A stretch of 64,000 nucleotides of DNA from the human T2T-CHM13v2.0 reference genome, Homo sapiens: assembly GCF_009914755.1 (NCBI RefSeq), contig NC_060925.1; one strand, 5' to 3'. Below the pieces are notes generated by a model. It ran no database searches. It was not told the origin of the DNA and saw only the letters and a list, made by a program, of their open reading frames with translations. Both the position numbers and the translations under genes were made by a program. Position 1 is the stretch's first letter, and each line of letters opens with the position of its first letter. Shown here piece by piece: positions 14,360 to 30,960 of this stretch.

Positions 14360-16029
14360 TAATATATGTTTGGTTTTAATTAAGATCTACCTTGATAGAC
14401 CTTAAGAGAAATGAGCTCAAAATTATTTGGTCCCCTATTTGTAGAATATTTCCTGTGGCATTTTAAGTTTTTCTCTCCAAACTAAGGTCCCTCCAGAAAG
14501 AACGTCCCCTGGCGTTTCACTACTACTGTAATTGTGGCACCCCCTCCCCTGGCCTAGGCCCCCAAGTGCTAGGTTTGTTCATCTTTCTCCTATCACATCC
14601 ACAAACTTCTTTGCCTCTTAGGAAAGCTTTTAACTTAGTTGGAGAACATGCTGGTGATCCACTGAATCTAATTTGTCTCTCCTGGTTTAGTGCAATTGAA
14701 TCATCTCAGGAAAATGAGAAGCAATTAGGTACCTGTTGCTAACAAGGCACTGAAATAATCTGCCAACAGACGCACGGTGTTTATTTATTATTGGAGTATG
14801 TCACTTGAGCAAACATTACGTTGCCTTTCTCCAAGAAGAATTGCCAGAATTGATTTTCAAATGCAGGCCTCATAGACCTAACAAGTACCACCTTTAAGGA
14901 GCATGGAACAGAGAAGCAAGAGGGCTTGTGAGCCTCGTTCAGGGTTAGTTCAAGTGCCAGTGCCTAGCCTAATGGGCAGCGTTGTGGATGGGATTTGAAG
15001 TTGCAGGACACTAAAGAAAAAGCAGCTTTTTTCTTTTTTTTTTGCAGAGGTCCTTTAAGTCCCAGTTCAGGAAATTATTAAATTCATTAGCCAGATACTT
15101 AGAACCAGCTATTACTGCCCAGCCAAAGGAAAAAAAGAGTGCCAGCAAATGTTTTAAAACTACAACTAAACAAAAGTCAGGAAGCGTGTAATTAAAACTG
15201 TACCTTTATTGTATTGTAAAGAGTTTCACTGTGACATGGAAAATATTTAAAGGAGAAGGCTGTTTAGCTAATTTGTCTGCAAGTGAACTGCCTAGTGGAA
15301 CTATCCTAAATTAACTGTAAGGCCACCCACCGAGCCACCCTCATAAAGAGCCATGGCTGCTCAGCTTGGGTTTGTGTAACGTTCAATAATTACTAGATAA
15401 ATGCACAACTAAAAGCTCTATTACACTAATAATTTGTACTGTGATAGATGTGTGGGACACCCTGCTGGGTTAATTTGTCATCCCTGCAGCAAACTTCTAA
15501 AGAGAGCTCTTCCGTAGTGGAATCATGTTAATATGTTGTCCCTGGGAGGACAGGTTAGAGCAGTGAGACCACTTGGCTCCTTAATCTCTTAAAGAGGCAA
15601 AGGGCCTCCAGGGTGAGTGCTGAAGAGAATAGGGTGATGAACCCAGGGGACCTGGATTTAAACTCATCTTCACAAAAGAAGCTGCTTTCCCTTGGAATTC
15701 CTTTGCCCCTTTCTCTCTGTCCCTCTCAGTCACACGCAGGCCTATGTGTCCCAGTGGTGCATGTGTGCGCACAGGCACACACAGGCATAGACCCACGTAT
15801 CCATACATAGTGAAGGCAGTGGTTCTGAGCAAGGTTTCTTAGAAACCCCCTCATTTTAAGACTTCCTGGTATCGTACGCTTGGACTGTACCTTGCGTAGT
15901 CAGATAAGCCCCGTTCTTTCTGGTTTAGCTTAACCTAAGTTGATTCCATGTATAGACTCATTATTTATTTTCCTTTTTTCAGCATAGAATAAAAAATTCA
16001 AGATTGAACTTGTATCTCCTCTTTATGTG

Positions 16030-16051
16030 GAATGGTTTCTTCTGCCTCGCC

Positions 16052-16108
<57 letters not shown>

Positions 16109-16160
16109 TTTCTCTCCCTCTCTCCCCGTCTCTCCCCCTCCCCAACCCCACCCGCACCCA
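16030..16160. repeat. (CT)n polypyrimidine microsatellite with a C-rich tail
   Basis: Directly visible. Confidence 0.95.
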
Positions 16161-16947
16161 GGTCTGCTATTCTCTGTGTGAGCTTTGTGCTTAGGCTAAA
16201 TATCCTCAGACTGTGGCCCAGATAGCCACAGTGAGCAGCTCCAGCCTTAATTTCCACCAATTTAATAATCCCAAGAGAAAAAAGAGCAGCTTTTCAACAA
16301 CAGATTTAGGGAAGGGCCTACTCCTGCATGCTTATGATTCTGATTATCTGGGTTTGGGTCATTTGCTCACTTTTAAAATAACCCTTATGTTTAAAAGACA
16401 ATGGAGTGCCTCATTGGTGTGACCCGGCTTCCCTGTCCACCCATGGAGTCAGCGGGTTAAGTCCATCCTAACCACATAGGCTGAGGCTGAGGGACAGAGA
16501 GTTCCCCAAAGAAACATTAGAGCTCTGTTTCCAGAAGAAGGGGTGAAGAACTGCTGGGCAGGCAAAAATAATAGCTACCCCCAGGAGATAACAGCAAAGC
16601 TGGCCTGAGCACTGGCCAATGGGCTCAGCTTACTCACTAGCTGTGGCTTGTTCCTGCAGTTAGTGTTTGCAGAGCACAAGAAAAACCCAGGCCTATTTGT
16701 TCATGCCACAGACCCCCAGGGTCACTTGAAAACAGTTCGGCTCTTGATTCTCAATTAGCTGGTGTTACCTCATTGCATTGTATAATCCAGATTACTTTTC
16801 ATGTATCTCTATTTATTCTAAAAACAATCCTAAGAATATTAAATAACCCAGAGTCTAGCATGCTGTTTGGCACACAGTAGATTCTCAACACATTTGTTGA
16901 ATGAGTGATCCTACTATGAATGAGGCACCTGTGTACATTAATGCTAA

Positions 16948-17285
<338 letters not shown>

Positions 17286-17639
17286 AATTGCTGCTACTAT
17301 TTAAAGATAAGAAATTTAAAGATAAGAAACTGTAGGTTTGGAAATGTTAAATAATTTTGCCCAGATTAACACAGGGAGTGAATGATTTTACAACCAGAAG
17401 AGTCAAGCTCATTTTGTAGTAGAGGACACTAAGGAATATAGGAGGCTGGCGTCTTGCTAGTCAATACCCAAGCTGACATGAAAACTTGGTACCCTGACTT
17501 TAATCACTAGACTGATTATTCTGTTGCTTATTCCATTCCTTGTGTGAAATTTACCCACAGTAGGATTACTCCTCAAATCCTATGGGGTGAATTCAGGAAG
17601 ATACTTCAAGTTCAGGAGGATGCCTTGAAAGTAGTCTTT

Positions 17640-17941
17640 GGCTGGGAGCGGTGGCTCACACCTGTAATCCCAACATGTTGGGAGACCAAGGCAGGCGGAT
17701 CATTTGAGTTCAGGAGTTTGCAACCAGCCTGGGTGACAATGAAACCCCATCTCTACTAAAAATATAAAAATTAGCCGAGCGTGGTGGCACATGCTTGCAG
17801 TCTCAGCCACTTGGGAGGCTGAGGTGGGAGGATCGCTTGAGCCTGGGAAGCAGAGGTTGCAGTGAACCTAGATTGCATCACTGCCCTCCAGCCTGGGCGA
17901 CAGAGCAAAACCCTGTCTCAGAGAGAGAGAGAGAGAGAAAA
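17640..17941 (+). mobile_element. Alu (J-like) with (AG)n tail
   Basis: Full dimer; TSD-like aaagtagtctttg / aaagtagcctatg. Confidence 0.9.
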
Positions 17942-18989
17942 GTAGCCTATGCTTTAGTAATCATGTTGCACAGAAATAGAGGCTTCCATTTCAGTATAAA
18001 TCTGACAATTTGGTGGAGAGAAATGCTGCAAAATAACCCATGGCTTTATGTTTGTTATGAGATTTGCTTTTCTGTCTGCTTATTTTCTGTGTGTGTGTGT
18101 GTTTTTTTTTTTTTTTAATGCAGGAAAAGACTTGCAACAGCCTAGATCCAGCACTTGGTCGTTACGCAAGAAGCATCTGCATGGATCTTGTTTTTTGAAG
18201 TCCTCTTTCACAGGACTGCAGTTTGTAATTCCATTTCACTTCCAACAGGTCATTGGATGATTCCCTCCCTTTTTCTGTTAATCTCTGGAATCATCCAATC
18301 TATGGTGGTTAGTTTTCTTCTCAAGTAATTGTTTTGATTTGTTTTTCATTCTTCATTTAGTCTCACAGTAGTATCGCTTACATGTTACGTAAAAGTTCAA
18401 GTTCCCTTCATGTAACTGGATTCTTGTCAACTTTGCCTATTAAACCATCACTCTAAATATTTCCAATAATCACAGCTGTTGCGTGGCGTTTGAACACATT
18501 TCACATCAGCCATCATGGAAGCTTAGGCAATTAGTGTGAGAATATGGTCAATTTTGATTCAAAGAGGCCCTGTCAGGACAAAGGCTGGGGCTGTATTTCA
18601 CAGAGCTTAAAGTAGCACACTCAGGTTTTTTTAAACTCTAAATATTACAGTCTCCCCAAAGCCAAAGTATCTTAAAGACTGAGTCTAGATATACTGTACA
18701 ACTTAATATCCCATAAACATTTTTAAAATCATTTGTTTTAAAAGCCTTCCTTATTTCAATTTTTAGATTTTAATTTTATTTTTATGGATCAGTTGTACTA
18801 TTTGTAAATGTAATCCCAGAGACTGAATTCTATACATCCACTAGAGCTTAAACTAGATGAGCTTCAGAGAGTATTTAGTCCAAGCTGCTTACTGTGAGAA
18901 GAGAGACCTAGGGAGAGAGAAGCCACCCACATTTATAATATGCCAGGTAGTGGCAGAAACTAAGTTAAAACCCAAGTCTCTTTATCTAG

Positions 18990-19359
<370 letters not shown>

Positions 19360-19530
19360 GAAAAGTATTTCTAGTAGTCAATATGTATTAGATTTCTGAT
19401 AAGCAAACTCCCAATAACTAACACGATGGGACTTTCAAGGGAAATGATAGAGATTTCCACTGTTTCCATGTTTTGGGAGGCCGTGGGGAGGCCATGCTCA
19501 GATTGTGGTGTGGTCAGAAACGTGCCTGGG

Positions 19531-19876
<346 letters not shown>

Positions 19877-20394
19877 TCAGTATGGACACTCAAGGATTGT
19901 AGGTCTAAGTGAAAAATAGCATCTAAAGGGAGATGGCCCCATAGTTCTAAGCTTCTGGGTTAAATCTCACAGTCTGAAATTTAAGTAAAGGCAGGAATTC
20001 ACAGTATGTTTGGTCAGCAAAGACTATTTGTCTAGGTCTTTAAAGAACTTTTATCTTTACTTAGATATCTATGGTATCTATGATTATTAGGTCAAGATTG
20101 TTGCTACTGCTGTTGTTGCTTTTACTTTTCATTTTGTTGTTTGTGGAATTATTTTCAAGGCCCTCATGTCATATCCATGCTGATAGTATATACTATTTTA
20201 TCAATATTTATGTACTTTTTTGTCCAAGAGACAGGCGAGCAACAAGTACCTCTTGTTCCATCACTCCTTTCTTTCATGTATTCTACAATCAGAACAGGTC
20301 CTAGCACACAGGAGCAAATTTCAATGTATTCATTGCCTATCCCATTCTTGTCTATGATAGTACTATCATACTACAAAAGAAGCTATTGATCACT

Positions 20395-20615
20395 TAATTG
20401 TGTGATCAGAAACTGTGCCGTGTGCCTTATATACATTGTCTCATTTAGTCTTCACAACAGCGCTATGAGGTATTATTAGCCCCATTATACAGATGCCAAA
20501 ACTGAGTTGTAGAGAAGCTCAGCAACCTGAAGCATAGCTCGTGATAGAGCTTAGAATTTAAACTCATGTCTATCTGACTCCAAAGCCCTGGTCCTTATAT
20601 TATACTGCACTGCTT
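20395..20615 (-). mobile_element. MIR
   Basis: ctcatttagtcttcacaacagcgctatgaggt...cccattatacagatg..aaactgag...gactccaaagccc. Confidence 0.75.
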
Positions 20616-20876
20616 TTCTGAGTCGTATGTTTAACTTAGAATTATATACGCACACACACGGATGTGGTCAGCCAGCACAGACCAAGGCATATTAAGTAAT
20701 GGTGAAGACAGACAATCAAAAGTCTACCGTGGAGAGTTAATGAGATATCAAAGGTGACCAGATTGCTTTGGAAAGCTTCAGAAAGCTGAGGTGGAATTGG
20801 TATTGACTGTCAGGGGTCTGACTCACAGAGCACAGCAGGTGCTTGGAGAGTGAACAAGAATTTTGTGGGTCTACAC

Positions 20877-21099
20877 CAGGGACTGGAAAACTATTGGGCC
20901 CACAGATCCAATAGCCCTTTGCCTGTATTTGAAAATAAACTTTTATTGGAACACAGCCGCGCTCATTTGTTTATGTAATGTCTGTGACTGCTTCTGCACT
21001 GTAGCAGCGGAGTTCAGCAGTTGCAACAGAGACCATATAGCCTGCAAAGTCTAAACTATTTAGTATCTGGTCTTTACAGAAAATGTTTGCCAACTCCTG
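20877..21099 (+). mobile_element. MER58A-like hAT-Charlie non-autonomous DNA transposon
   Basis: TIRs cagggactggaaaact / tgtttgccaactcctg; core ttttattggaacacagcc; 8-bp TSD gtctacac / gtctagtc. Confidence 0.85.
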
Positions 21100-24000
21100 G
21101 TCTAGTCAGGGCCTTGAGCAACAAAGGTCTTGAAGTAGCTAAAATTGATCTAGATAAAAATTTTAAAAGACTTTGGCCTTCTGTTTTCTTGTGTGGGTCT
21201 TTCTTTTTCTTTCTGTTTTTCCAAAAGACATTAGAATTTGATCTCTTAGAAAATCCCCTGAATTCAAATGGAATAGACTCTATCAACCATCTTGGAAACT
21301 AACCGTGGCATAAAGTTACTTTGTCTGGTAGCAGTAATACAAAAACACTGGTGTTTTGCAAGCTGTCAAGCCATGTCATATATTTCTCTCAATTGACATA
21401 TCTGGGTCCTTTCACGTGCATCTTCGTGATGTTAAAAGATATGTACCATATGTTTTGAAAAACCTTGGCTCACCTCGAGTCAAAAGCTTTGTTATTTAGA
21501 AAAGGCATCACCTCTTAAAGGTTTGAAAAGCATTGCCAATTCTTCTTTCCTGTATCTCTGTTAAAATAAATCCCTTAACTCCAAACTTCTCAGCTTTCAT
21601 CAATGGCAGGCCTGATTCATGCATGATTTATAAATTAGGGCTATGGACCATTAAGATAGATTTCTCAGCTTTAGGTGGGGTATAATGGTGTTATATAGTG
21701 TGGTTTTGAATTTCTGAAGAAGCAAGATACATAGTAGTTGACAACCCAAGCCATTTTTATGTTCTATTTACCCTTATGGAAAGCTTCTTTTGTTTTTTAA
21801 GTGGGATTTTTTTCTTCGATTTTCTTTTCCTTTTGAAGCTTTGCCGTATTACAAATTTTTACTTCTAATTATGAGTAGTCAAGAGTTCTTAATGCCACCC
21901 TTACGCTATGGAAGTGGTAACTTTCATCTAAAGAACATCTTATTTCTGAAGACAGATAAGAAGGTTTTTCTTATAATGGCGCTAACAGAGAAAAACTGTT
22001 TGGAATCTCACCTGTTGCCACTGCCTTTGTATTCATTAACACTAAGACTGTGAAGTTTTGCAGATGCCAGGGCTCAGGAGTGATTATTCGCTCTTGTGAG
22101 GGAAGAAGCCTGTATATAACACTGCCTTAAGAGCACACTGTGCCTGAAGGAGGATTATATTTTATTGTTTGTGTTGCTCTCTTGACAGCTTTTCTTTGGA
22201 GCCTCCCATAGAAGAGAGACTGGGATTTAAAGGCTGATGCCAGAAAGCAAAAGCTAACGTGAAAAGAATCCAAGTCTCTGTCCAGTGTGTGAGAATCTGC
22301 AACGGTTCATGGACAAGGAATAAAACAATTAAGGCAATGTCAGGGTTATAATACAGAAGAACATATTTCAACCCATAAAATTTTGGTTTGAGGGAAAATG
22401 TGTGAGAGTTATTAGAGTTCTTGGAGGATGAGCTTGAGAAAAACTACTGGAAATACTAAGAGATTACTTTCTTCTTCTATCTCTTTTTCTTCCCTAAGAC
22501 TTATAAAAGCAGAAAAATGCAAGATTCCAAGCTTGTCTGGACACAGCTCCCTGATACCATCCTATTTCATATGGCCCACGCTTAGATTTTCTAACTAGTT
22601 CTGACTCCTCTTAAGAGCACTCTTATGTGTCTACAAGACCTCCTCCCCATAGTGGACTCTCAGACCAAGAATCACTGGTTGTATTATAGAAGTCTTGCAA
22701 CATATCCAATAATACAATAATGATCCTGACCTTCTCCTTTCTCAGTCTTAATAAATTCTGCTTTTAACGGAAGAAGCATTTTTGAGTTAAACATGTATAT
22801 GTATTTTTTCAATTGTTTGAATTTTTAACTTTTTCTCCTTTAAACTAAAACCAAGAGAGGATTTTTAAGAACTGGTGGGCTGCTGGACTGGTGGGGAGGG
22901 AATGAACAAGTAAACCAACCTGACTGACCTGCTTTCGTTTTTCAAAGTATCCAGTAATATGATCATTTTGTAATAAATAGCTGAGTATTACACCCTTTGG
23001 GAAATTGTGGCTCTCTGTTTCTTTTCGTTGTGGCTACTTTGTTCAGGATGTGTAGGCAGTGCCATTGCAGCCAAAGAAACCTGATCAAATTTCCTTCCTT
23101 CCCATCTTATTTATATTCTTTGTGAAAAGCCCAAACAGTTGTTTTAAACAAGTCTGGCCACTCGTTAAAGTTTAAACTAGTAGTGAGATCCATCAGGAGT
23201 GAAGTGTTTCTGACACTCTCTGCTGCTCCTGGCCTAGGGTACTAAGAGTATTAGATGCCGGAAGCAGCCAATTTTGTAGTGTCTTTTAATACACAAAATT
23301 GTATTAACATCAATGTGGATACAGATGGATGCACTGCAATAAACTGTAACCACTTGAGAAAAGCCTTTATTGACTCTCAAGTAAATAATGCACATTTTAA
23401 AGGATCTAAATATGCATTTACATAATGTGCTATAATTTTTTATGGTGTCAACTACTCACACACACACATCCATAAGACATGTTTTTCTTCGTCAAAAATC
23501 TGGACTCATACCATTCTTCGTGCATTCCATTAGCATCATGCCAAATTCATAATGGTAGTTTTTTTCTATAAAGCCTGATCTGGCCACCTCAAAATATAGT
23601 TGATGAATTTTACTCTTTAATTGATTTAACCCCAGTGGCTCTTTCTAAAATGATTTGAGACAAATAAAAACTTAGGTACAGTAAAAACATCCAAGATGAA
23701 GAGAGAAAACAAGAAATAGGAGAGAAGAGAAACAAAGTTAGGCAGGCATTGATGACATCTTAATTCTGAGTTTCAGTGGGTTTCATTGTCTGGTAGAAGA
23801 GGAATAGCAGGTTATCTAGAGAAATAGCATCTATTTAATAATAACTAGAGCTTTGTGATGTCAGTAACGTAACTATTTTCTGTTTGAAGAAATGAAGGTT
23901 CAGGATCTCGAATGATTTCTCTCCAGTTGCACAGTGAACTGATGACTGAACCAGAAAGTCCAAAGCATGAGAAAGTAAGGGTTGCAAAGGATGACCCTTT

Positions 24001-24830
24001 AAAATGCAGACTCAGCAATTGCCCAATTTGAAACTACAGGCTAAATGATTTCCTGGTATTAATTAAGAATTAATTGATTCTTATAAATCAGTCATTGTAG
24101 AATTAATTCCATATAGTACCATATGTTCTTGTGTTTGTGTTAAACTCTGTTCCACAAGGAAATGGTGAATAAATTGTTTTTAGTAAAATAAAAAACGAAG
24201 GTCTAAATTTAAGTTGCTAATGATTGTCTTTTACGTATTTAACAACAACAAAATGAGGGAAAGGATGTTTATAACAGTTAATGAGGAGATGACAGGGTGC
24301 TTTTGAGTTATTTCTTCTATCTCATTTCTTTAAAGATCAGCTCTGCTTGATCTTTGCTCAAGTGAATTTCTTTTTTGGGCAGCATTTTCTGTAGGCCACC
24401 GTGATTTCATAATCTAACAATTACCCATCACTTTCCATTGAGCACCTGAGGCAGCGGCACTTTATCTTCAAGGTCAGCCTACCAGGGGCTCTTGTCAGCA
24501 GAATTGGCACCTTTGTGTTTGGCATTCTGCAAAAGTTGAGTGTTTCGTTTTGTTAGGCTCAGTATATTCTCAGCCTAGTTTGGGAAATATCACATTCTGT
24601 CCTTAACTAGTGACTATTCCATCAGACGCAGGGTACCGAGTACAAGTTTTTTGCCACCAGCAAGGAGGACTGTACCATGTTGGATGAAAAAATTCCTTTG
24701 ATTCTTGAAAGCCAATGGCATAATTTGCAGAGTAAGAGATGACCAGAGCCATTTAACTTTTTAGCTTGTGGGTTTTAACAAGCAACAACAATAGATCCCA
24801 AGATTTATCATTCATTGCAGGAAGTCCTAA

Positions 24831-25150
<320 letters not shown>

Positions 25151-26816
25151 AGTTTTACCGATTTTTCTAAAAGCTCCCTGGCTCTTGACCAGGTGGAGAA
25201 ACCAAGTTTTGGTTTTAGCAAATTTTATTCTATGTTTAACGGTATGATTATCTTATTAACCTCTGTTTATTCAGTCATTCACTGCACATTCAACAAATAT
25301 TTATTGAGTGCCAGACTCAGTTCTGGGGATATTGCAGTGGGTTGAAAAGGTATTTACGAAGATGGAGAAGGCTGGGAGAAGTGTAAGCTTGAGAGGAGAA
25401 GGTAATGAAAATTCTGATTCAAATAGGTTATGTTTGAGACATCCTCAATTGTATGACCGATGGCAAAATTTCATCTGTTTTGGCTCAGATTTGTTTCTTG
25501 AGCCCATAGTAGGAGCCTATGAATATTTATTGGGCAGATTAAAGATTGCATAAATTAAAGGGTTGCACCAGACCACCTGCAAGACATGGATTGGAAAGTT
25601 GCTTCCCCTCCAATCGCCCATTTCCAGTCTTTTTGAAAACTACAGATGTCACTCTGAACCCCATAGCATGAGCCATTTCAGTCATTAGTCAGAAAGTGCC
25701 CCAATCATGAGGAGATCCCGGTAGGGAACAAAGAACCTATGCCCAGCAACTAATACAGATGCATTCTTTTTCACAGCCTTTAGCCATGCAAGTGGGATAG
25801 TGGTAGAAGTGATGGCCTGTCTTACTGAGTTTCTCTTCAGTATTATGAGTCATTCTTGGTATTGGAAAGGTCTTATTTTCCAAAATGTGGACATTCCTGT
25901 GATTTTCAGTTTAAAGATTTAAACCGAAGAAAGGAAAGATAAATACTTTCATCTCCTCTAATTTGGGAGAGGTTTCTCTGGCTCTCATTGAGAAGCAAGA
26001 GCTGCTGCTATCTTGGCTTGACTTGGTTTGAATATCTGCAACCTTCCCATGCACTGCTCTTATCCTCCAGCCAGTTTTATCAATCATCCTTCTAATTCAA
26101 GGGCAAAAGTTCTCTTAGAGAAGTTATTAGGCACCTCACATAAGTTTTTTTAATCTAATGTAATCTTCTTGTTCACATGAAATTTACCAGGGTTCAAATG
26201 TAAGGGAGCAGTAGTTGTCTGAGTCTTTTATCAGTTTTTATGGGCACAGGGCCAACATTTTAGCAGGGGTCACTGCCTGCTTACCCTGTGGGTTCCCCTG
26301 CTGTAACATATGTGCATTTCTGAGTTTGTCTTTGAAATGGCATCTGAAGGCGACATAAACCATCCGTGTAAAGTGAGGCACCCAAATTGCATGGGCTCAT
26401 TAAGTGATCATTTACTACATACTTCAAAAAATTTTCATCCTGAATTAGTCCCTAGAAATTTCCTTGAAAGGGGTATAAGAGGTTTAACAATGAATTATTG
26501 TCTATGGATAGCTCAGCGTGAAAGGGGATCCATATGTGCAAACTAGAATTTGTCATATGTAATGTCAGTTAAGTCAGGTCTAATCTACCAAATACATTTT
26601 TTATTGCTTGCTTCATTAAAAAGGCTCTTAAGGTAATGAATAATCTTCAGCCTCACCAAGGATTATTAATGCCTTTATAACTCATGTCCACTGAAAATAG
26701 AAAGACAGCTTGAAACTCTACCCTAATCTAACCTCCGTGTTTGTCTTAGAGCCTTAAGGAAGAAAATCTGTCAGACCTATCCAGTGTTAAATTCAGTCAC
26801 ATGAGCAATATTGTGA

Positions 26817-27143
<327 letters not shown>

Positions 27144-29274
27144 TAAAAATAACAAGGGGAGACCTTATGATCATGTGACGTTGTGCTCTAATGTTGTGCT
27201 GACTGACTGCAGGCAAATGTCATATTTATTCTAGATTGTGGGAAAGTTAACTTGGTCTAAGAGTGATTAGTCAGGGTTTAAAAACAGTGTTTGTGTTAAG
27301 TTTGCAACTGTCAAGTTTATGGATATAAATCAGCTCAAGGGTGAACTATATAACCTTCTAAGTTCTGTGGGCTGATCATTCCACCTCGTGCATTCTAACC
27401 CCAGGGCTCATACAGTTAACAAAATAGAAAGACCAAGTAGTTTTAAATAATGATTTGGGGTGGTAGAGAAAGGTAGGGAGATGAAGGGGACAGATGTTTC
27501 AGATCAACTAAGTTGATATTTTTGAAAAATACAGTCTTGTAACACTTTAGATCAAGTTGACCAGTACTTGAACTCAAGATGCTGAAAGTACAGTTTATTA
27601 TGGTTTGTTATTTCTGCAAGTCATTATCTTTCCCACTTATCTTGGTATAAAGCTAAACAGTGTTCAATAGCTTCACATGAATGTTTTTATTTTTCCTCAA
27701 ATAAACCAAATAATCACAATTTGAAATGGCATTCCAAATGTAAAAGTGATTTTTAAAAATCAGAAATTTTATTTCAAATATAGGATTAGATGTTTACAGT
27801 GGAAAGCTGTATCTCAAGGCCAATAATAATAAACAACGACCAGCATAAAGCCAAATTTGATTTTCCTTTTCTACTAATAACTGTGCATGAAGTCACAGAC
27901 TAGCCATAATTATTACTGGCCAATTTAGGATAGTATGTCACACCATCCTGTCACCGATTTTTTTCACTTGCAGAAATACCTGATTCTGCATATCTGCGCC
28001 AGAACAGGCAGCTTTGACTAATGTCTGGTGATGTGTTAGCAGATACATTTCTGTCTAGACAACAAATCAATATGGTGCCTCTTTTCTTTTTGCTTGTACA
28101 TTCATTTGCTTGGCTTATTCTAAAGCATTCACTTATGGACTCTCAGCCCACTCAGAAATAACGCAAAGGCAAGGTTGCTGGCAAGAAAGCACAGCATTCT
28201 GATCGTCAGACGAGGTAGTCTTTGAGGAGCAATACTAAATATATAAGTACTAAATATATAAGTAAATGTTGATGGGGGAGTGAGACTGCCTCTGTAGAAT
28301 TATTAAGCTTAAATGTAAAAGCCTGGGACAGCAGAATCTCCTTCAACCGAATTTTGATTGGGGACTAAATGTGAACTGTTGTCGTTGGTTGAATAGAGGC
28401 CTCTTGGGAAACAATGAAAAAACTGAGCTGATCACCAGCATCAAGCATCTGACTTCTAAATTATTAACCATTTTTGTAATAGTCCTGACACCCTATATAA
28501 CTGTCAAATGCCCAGTTTTGCATTTTGATCAGAATTTTATAGGACTTAAGGCAGGTCTCTTCATGAAACTATTTTGAAAAAATTGAAAATAAAATGGGTT
28601 TTATTGCTCTCTTTGGAGGGGAATTTTTTGTTAAAGAGCTGTTATTTGGTTGTTTTAACATCAGGCAGCAAAATAAATATGACTCTTATGGCATATGCTT
28701 ATATAATTTAAATCAAAATTAGAAGTGATATTTTTCCCTAGCAGACTTCTGACAGCTGAATTCTAAAGTTTCTGTGCCTGATGTTATACAATATGTGAAC
28801 AAAATTTTCTATGTTCACTTAACACATTTATTAAATGTTATATAATATCAACTTTGAAGAGTGAAAATAAAATATTACTTTTTTATCTCAAGTGCATATT
28901 TAGGAAAATTTATTCTATCTATGTAAAGAAACATAGTGGAATAATGCCACAGTCCATAAAACACTTAGATATTAAATATTTAATAATCATGAGAAAGATA
29001 ATGAAGGTAGCAGTTAATACAGAAAAATACAAAAGATTCCAAGCAAAAGTTGGTTACTCAGGGGACAAATCCAAAGTGATAATTGGCAGGTGATTTTATG
29101 AAACCAGATGCAAAGAAGGACAATGTAGTTCAAGAGATAAGTTTAGGATGCATGGAGCACATGTGGCTAAGAGTACTTTTGTGAAATGCCTTAAGAACAG
29201 AACCCAACAATGGACATTTCCGTATGGGCTTATGGAAGAATTGAAGCAGCTAGATACTTAGTAATTTACATTAA

Positions 29275-29601
<327 letters not shown>

Positions 29602-29879
29602 TAGGCTTTGTCCCTCACTGTATAGGCTCTAGAAAGAGGCACAGATCCCCAGTGATGTTGTAGCATGAGTTTGCCAGACCGAGAATCAAAGTGAACATGA
29701 CTCTTGGGTACTCCACCAGATGAGGAAAACACTGGGTGTTGGGTGGATGAGATGGTGTAGCTACATACCTAGGACTGAAGTCAAGTTATGAGCTATTACA
29801 TTTTGTATATTATTTGAGGGATTTCAAATGCTATTCCCATCATCAAGCAGCAGCTACTTACATGGATTCTGCTTAGAAA

Positions 29880-30960
29880 AAGTTCCTCATTCTTACAGAC
29901 AGCCCTGCCTTCCAGGAACTTGCAGTCTAAGAGAAATGCACTTGAAAGTTATATACCTCATACATCAAATAGGAGAAAATGTCTAGATCAAAGCACCAAC
30001 TCAAAGGTGTGTACACTGACCATTCGCTGAGAGTAAGAGCCTGGCAGAAGATCAATGCTAGTAGCCCTGGCAGTCGCATGGTGAGGTTTGGCAGAGGTTG
30101 GGGTAGGGGCTGGGGTACGGAGATAGAGGGGAGAGTAGGATGGAAGGAGGAGAGAAGTCTTGGCTCTTCTCTGAACAGTCTGAGAACATTTAATCAAAGA
30201 ATATAAGATTTCACAACCCTTTTAGATGATGGGAATGATTACTTGAACTAGAGAGAGAGTAATTCTCCAGATATTCCCTGATGTTTTAGATATGGCAAGG
30301 GGATAGAAATAGTTTGAATGCACAAATGTGCCTTTTATTAGTGCCTGGAATAATGACAAAAAGAGTGATGGCTGGAGTTCCTAGGTGATGGATGCCCTAG
30401 CCTTGATAGATGGTGTGATGAGCACCTTCCCTAAAGCTGTAAAGAGGCAGCAAAGTATAAGAGAAGGATAGGAGCTGTGGCAGTGTGACCCTAAGGAAAG
30501 CCTTCAAGGGGGTTGTCAAAAGAAGTGAGACTGAGGCAAGGAATCTACAGAGGAAAGGATGTAAGAGCAGCATAGGAAAGGAGTGTTAAGGCCAAGAACT
30601 TGAACCACAGTAATAGGTGTAGAATGGAACGGGACATGGTGGGGAGTGTTTTGTAGACATAAGCATCAGGATTGGACAGTCCTCTGGATGAATGCGGTGA
30701 ATGAAGATTCTAGGCCTCTCAGCTTCCTTACCTTCAGTATTGGAATAATAATGATAGTGAATACAGGAGGGAAAGAGACAAAGAAGAAAACTGAGCCCCT
30801 GTTTATGCCATGTTCATAGAATTTGATTCTGGGGGCACGGAATCCAGATGGCTAGAGGCCCTCATGGACACATCAGAGAGTGAGCTTTGGGTTATCCAGT
30901 ATTTATGCATTTTGATAATATATGCAGAAATGAGCAGCACTGTGCATAGATTCTGTATCA
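29880..30960 (-). mobile_element. Degraded L2 LINE fragments
   Basis: ccctgccttccaggaacttgcagtcta followed by purine-rich L2-like sequence. Confidence 0.45.

Noticed and set aside
15979-16260. ORFs with (ER)n / (SL)n repeats
   Set aside because: They are translations of the (CT)n microsatellite.
28233-28264. 15-bp tandem duplications (here and at 17299-17328)
   Set aside because: Ordinary AT-rich slippage events.
30100-30131. Four GGGG runs (possible RNA G-quadruplex) downstream of exon 9
   Set aside because: One loop is 12 nt, it lies in degraded L2-like purine-rich sequence, and such motifs are common.
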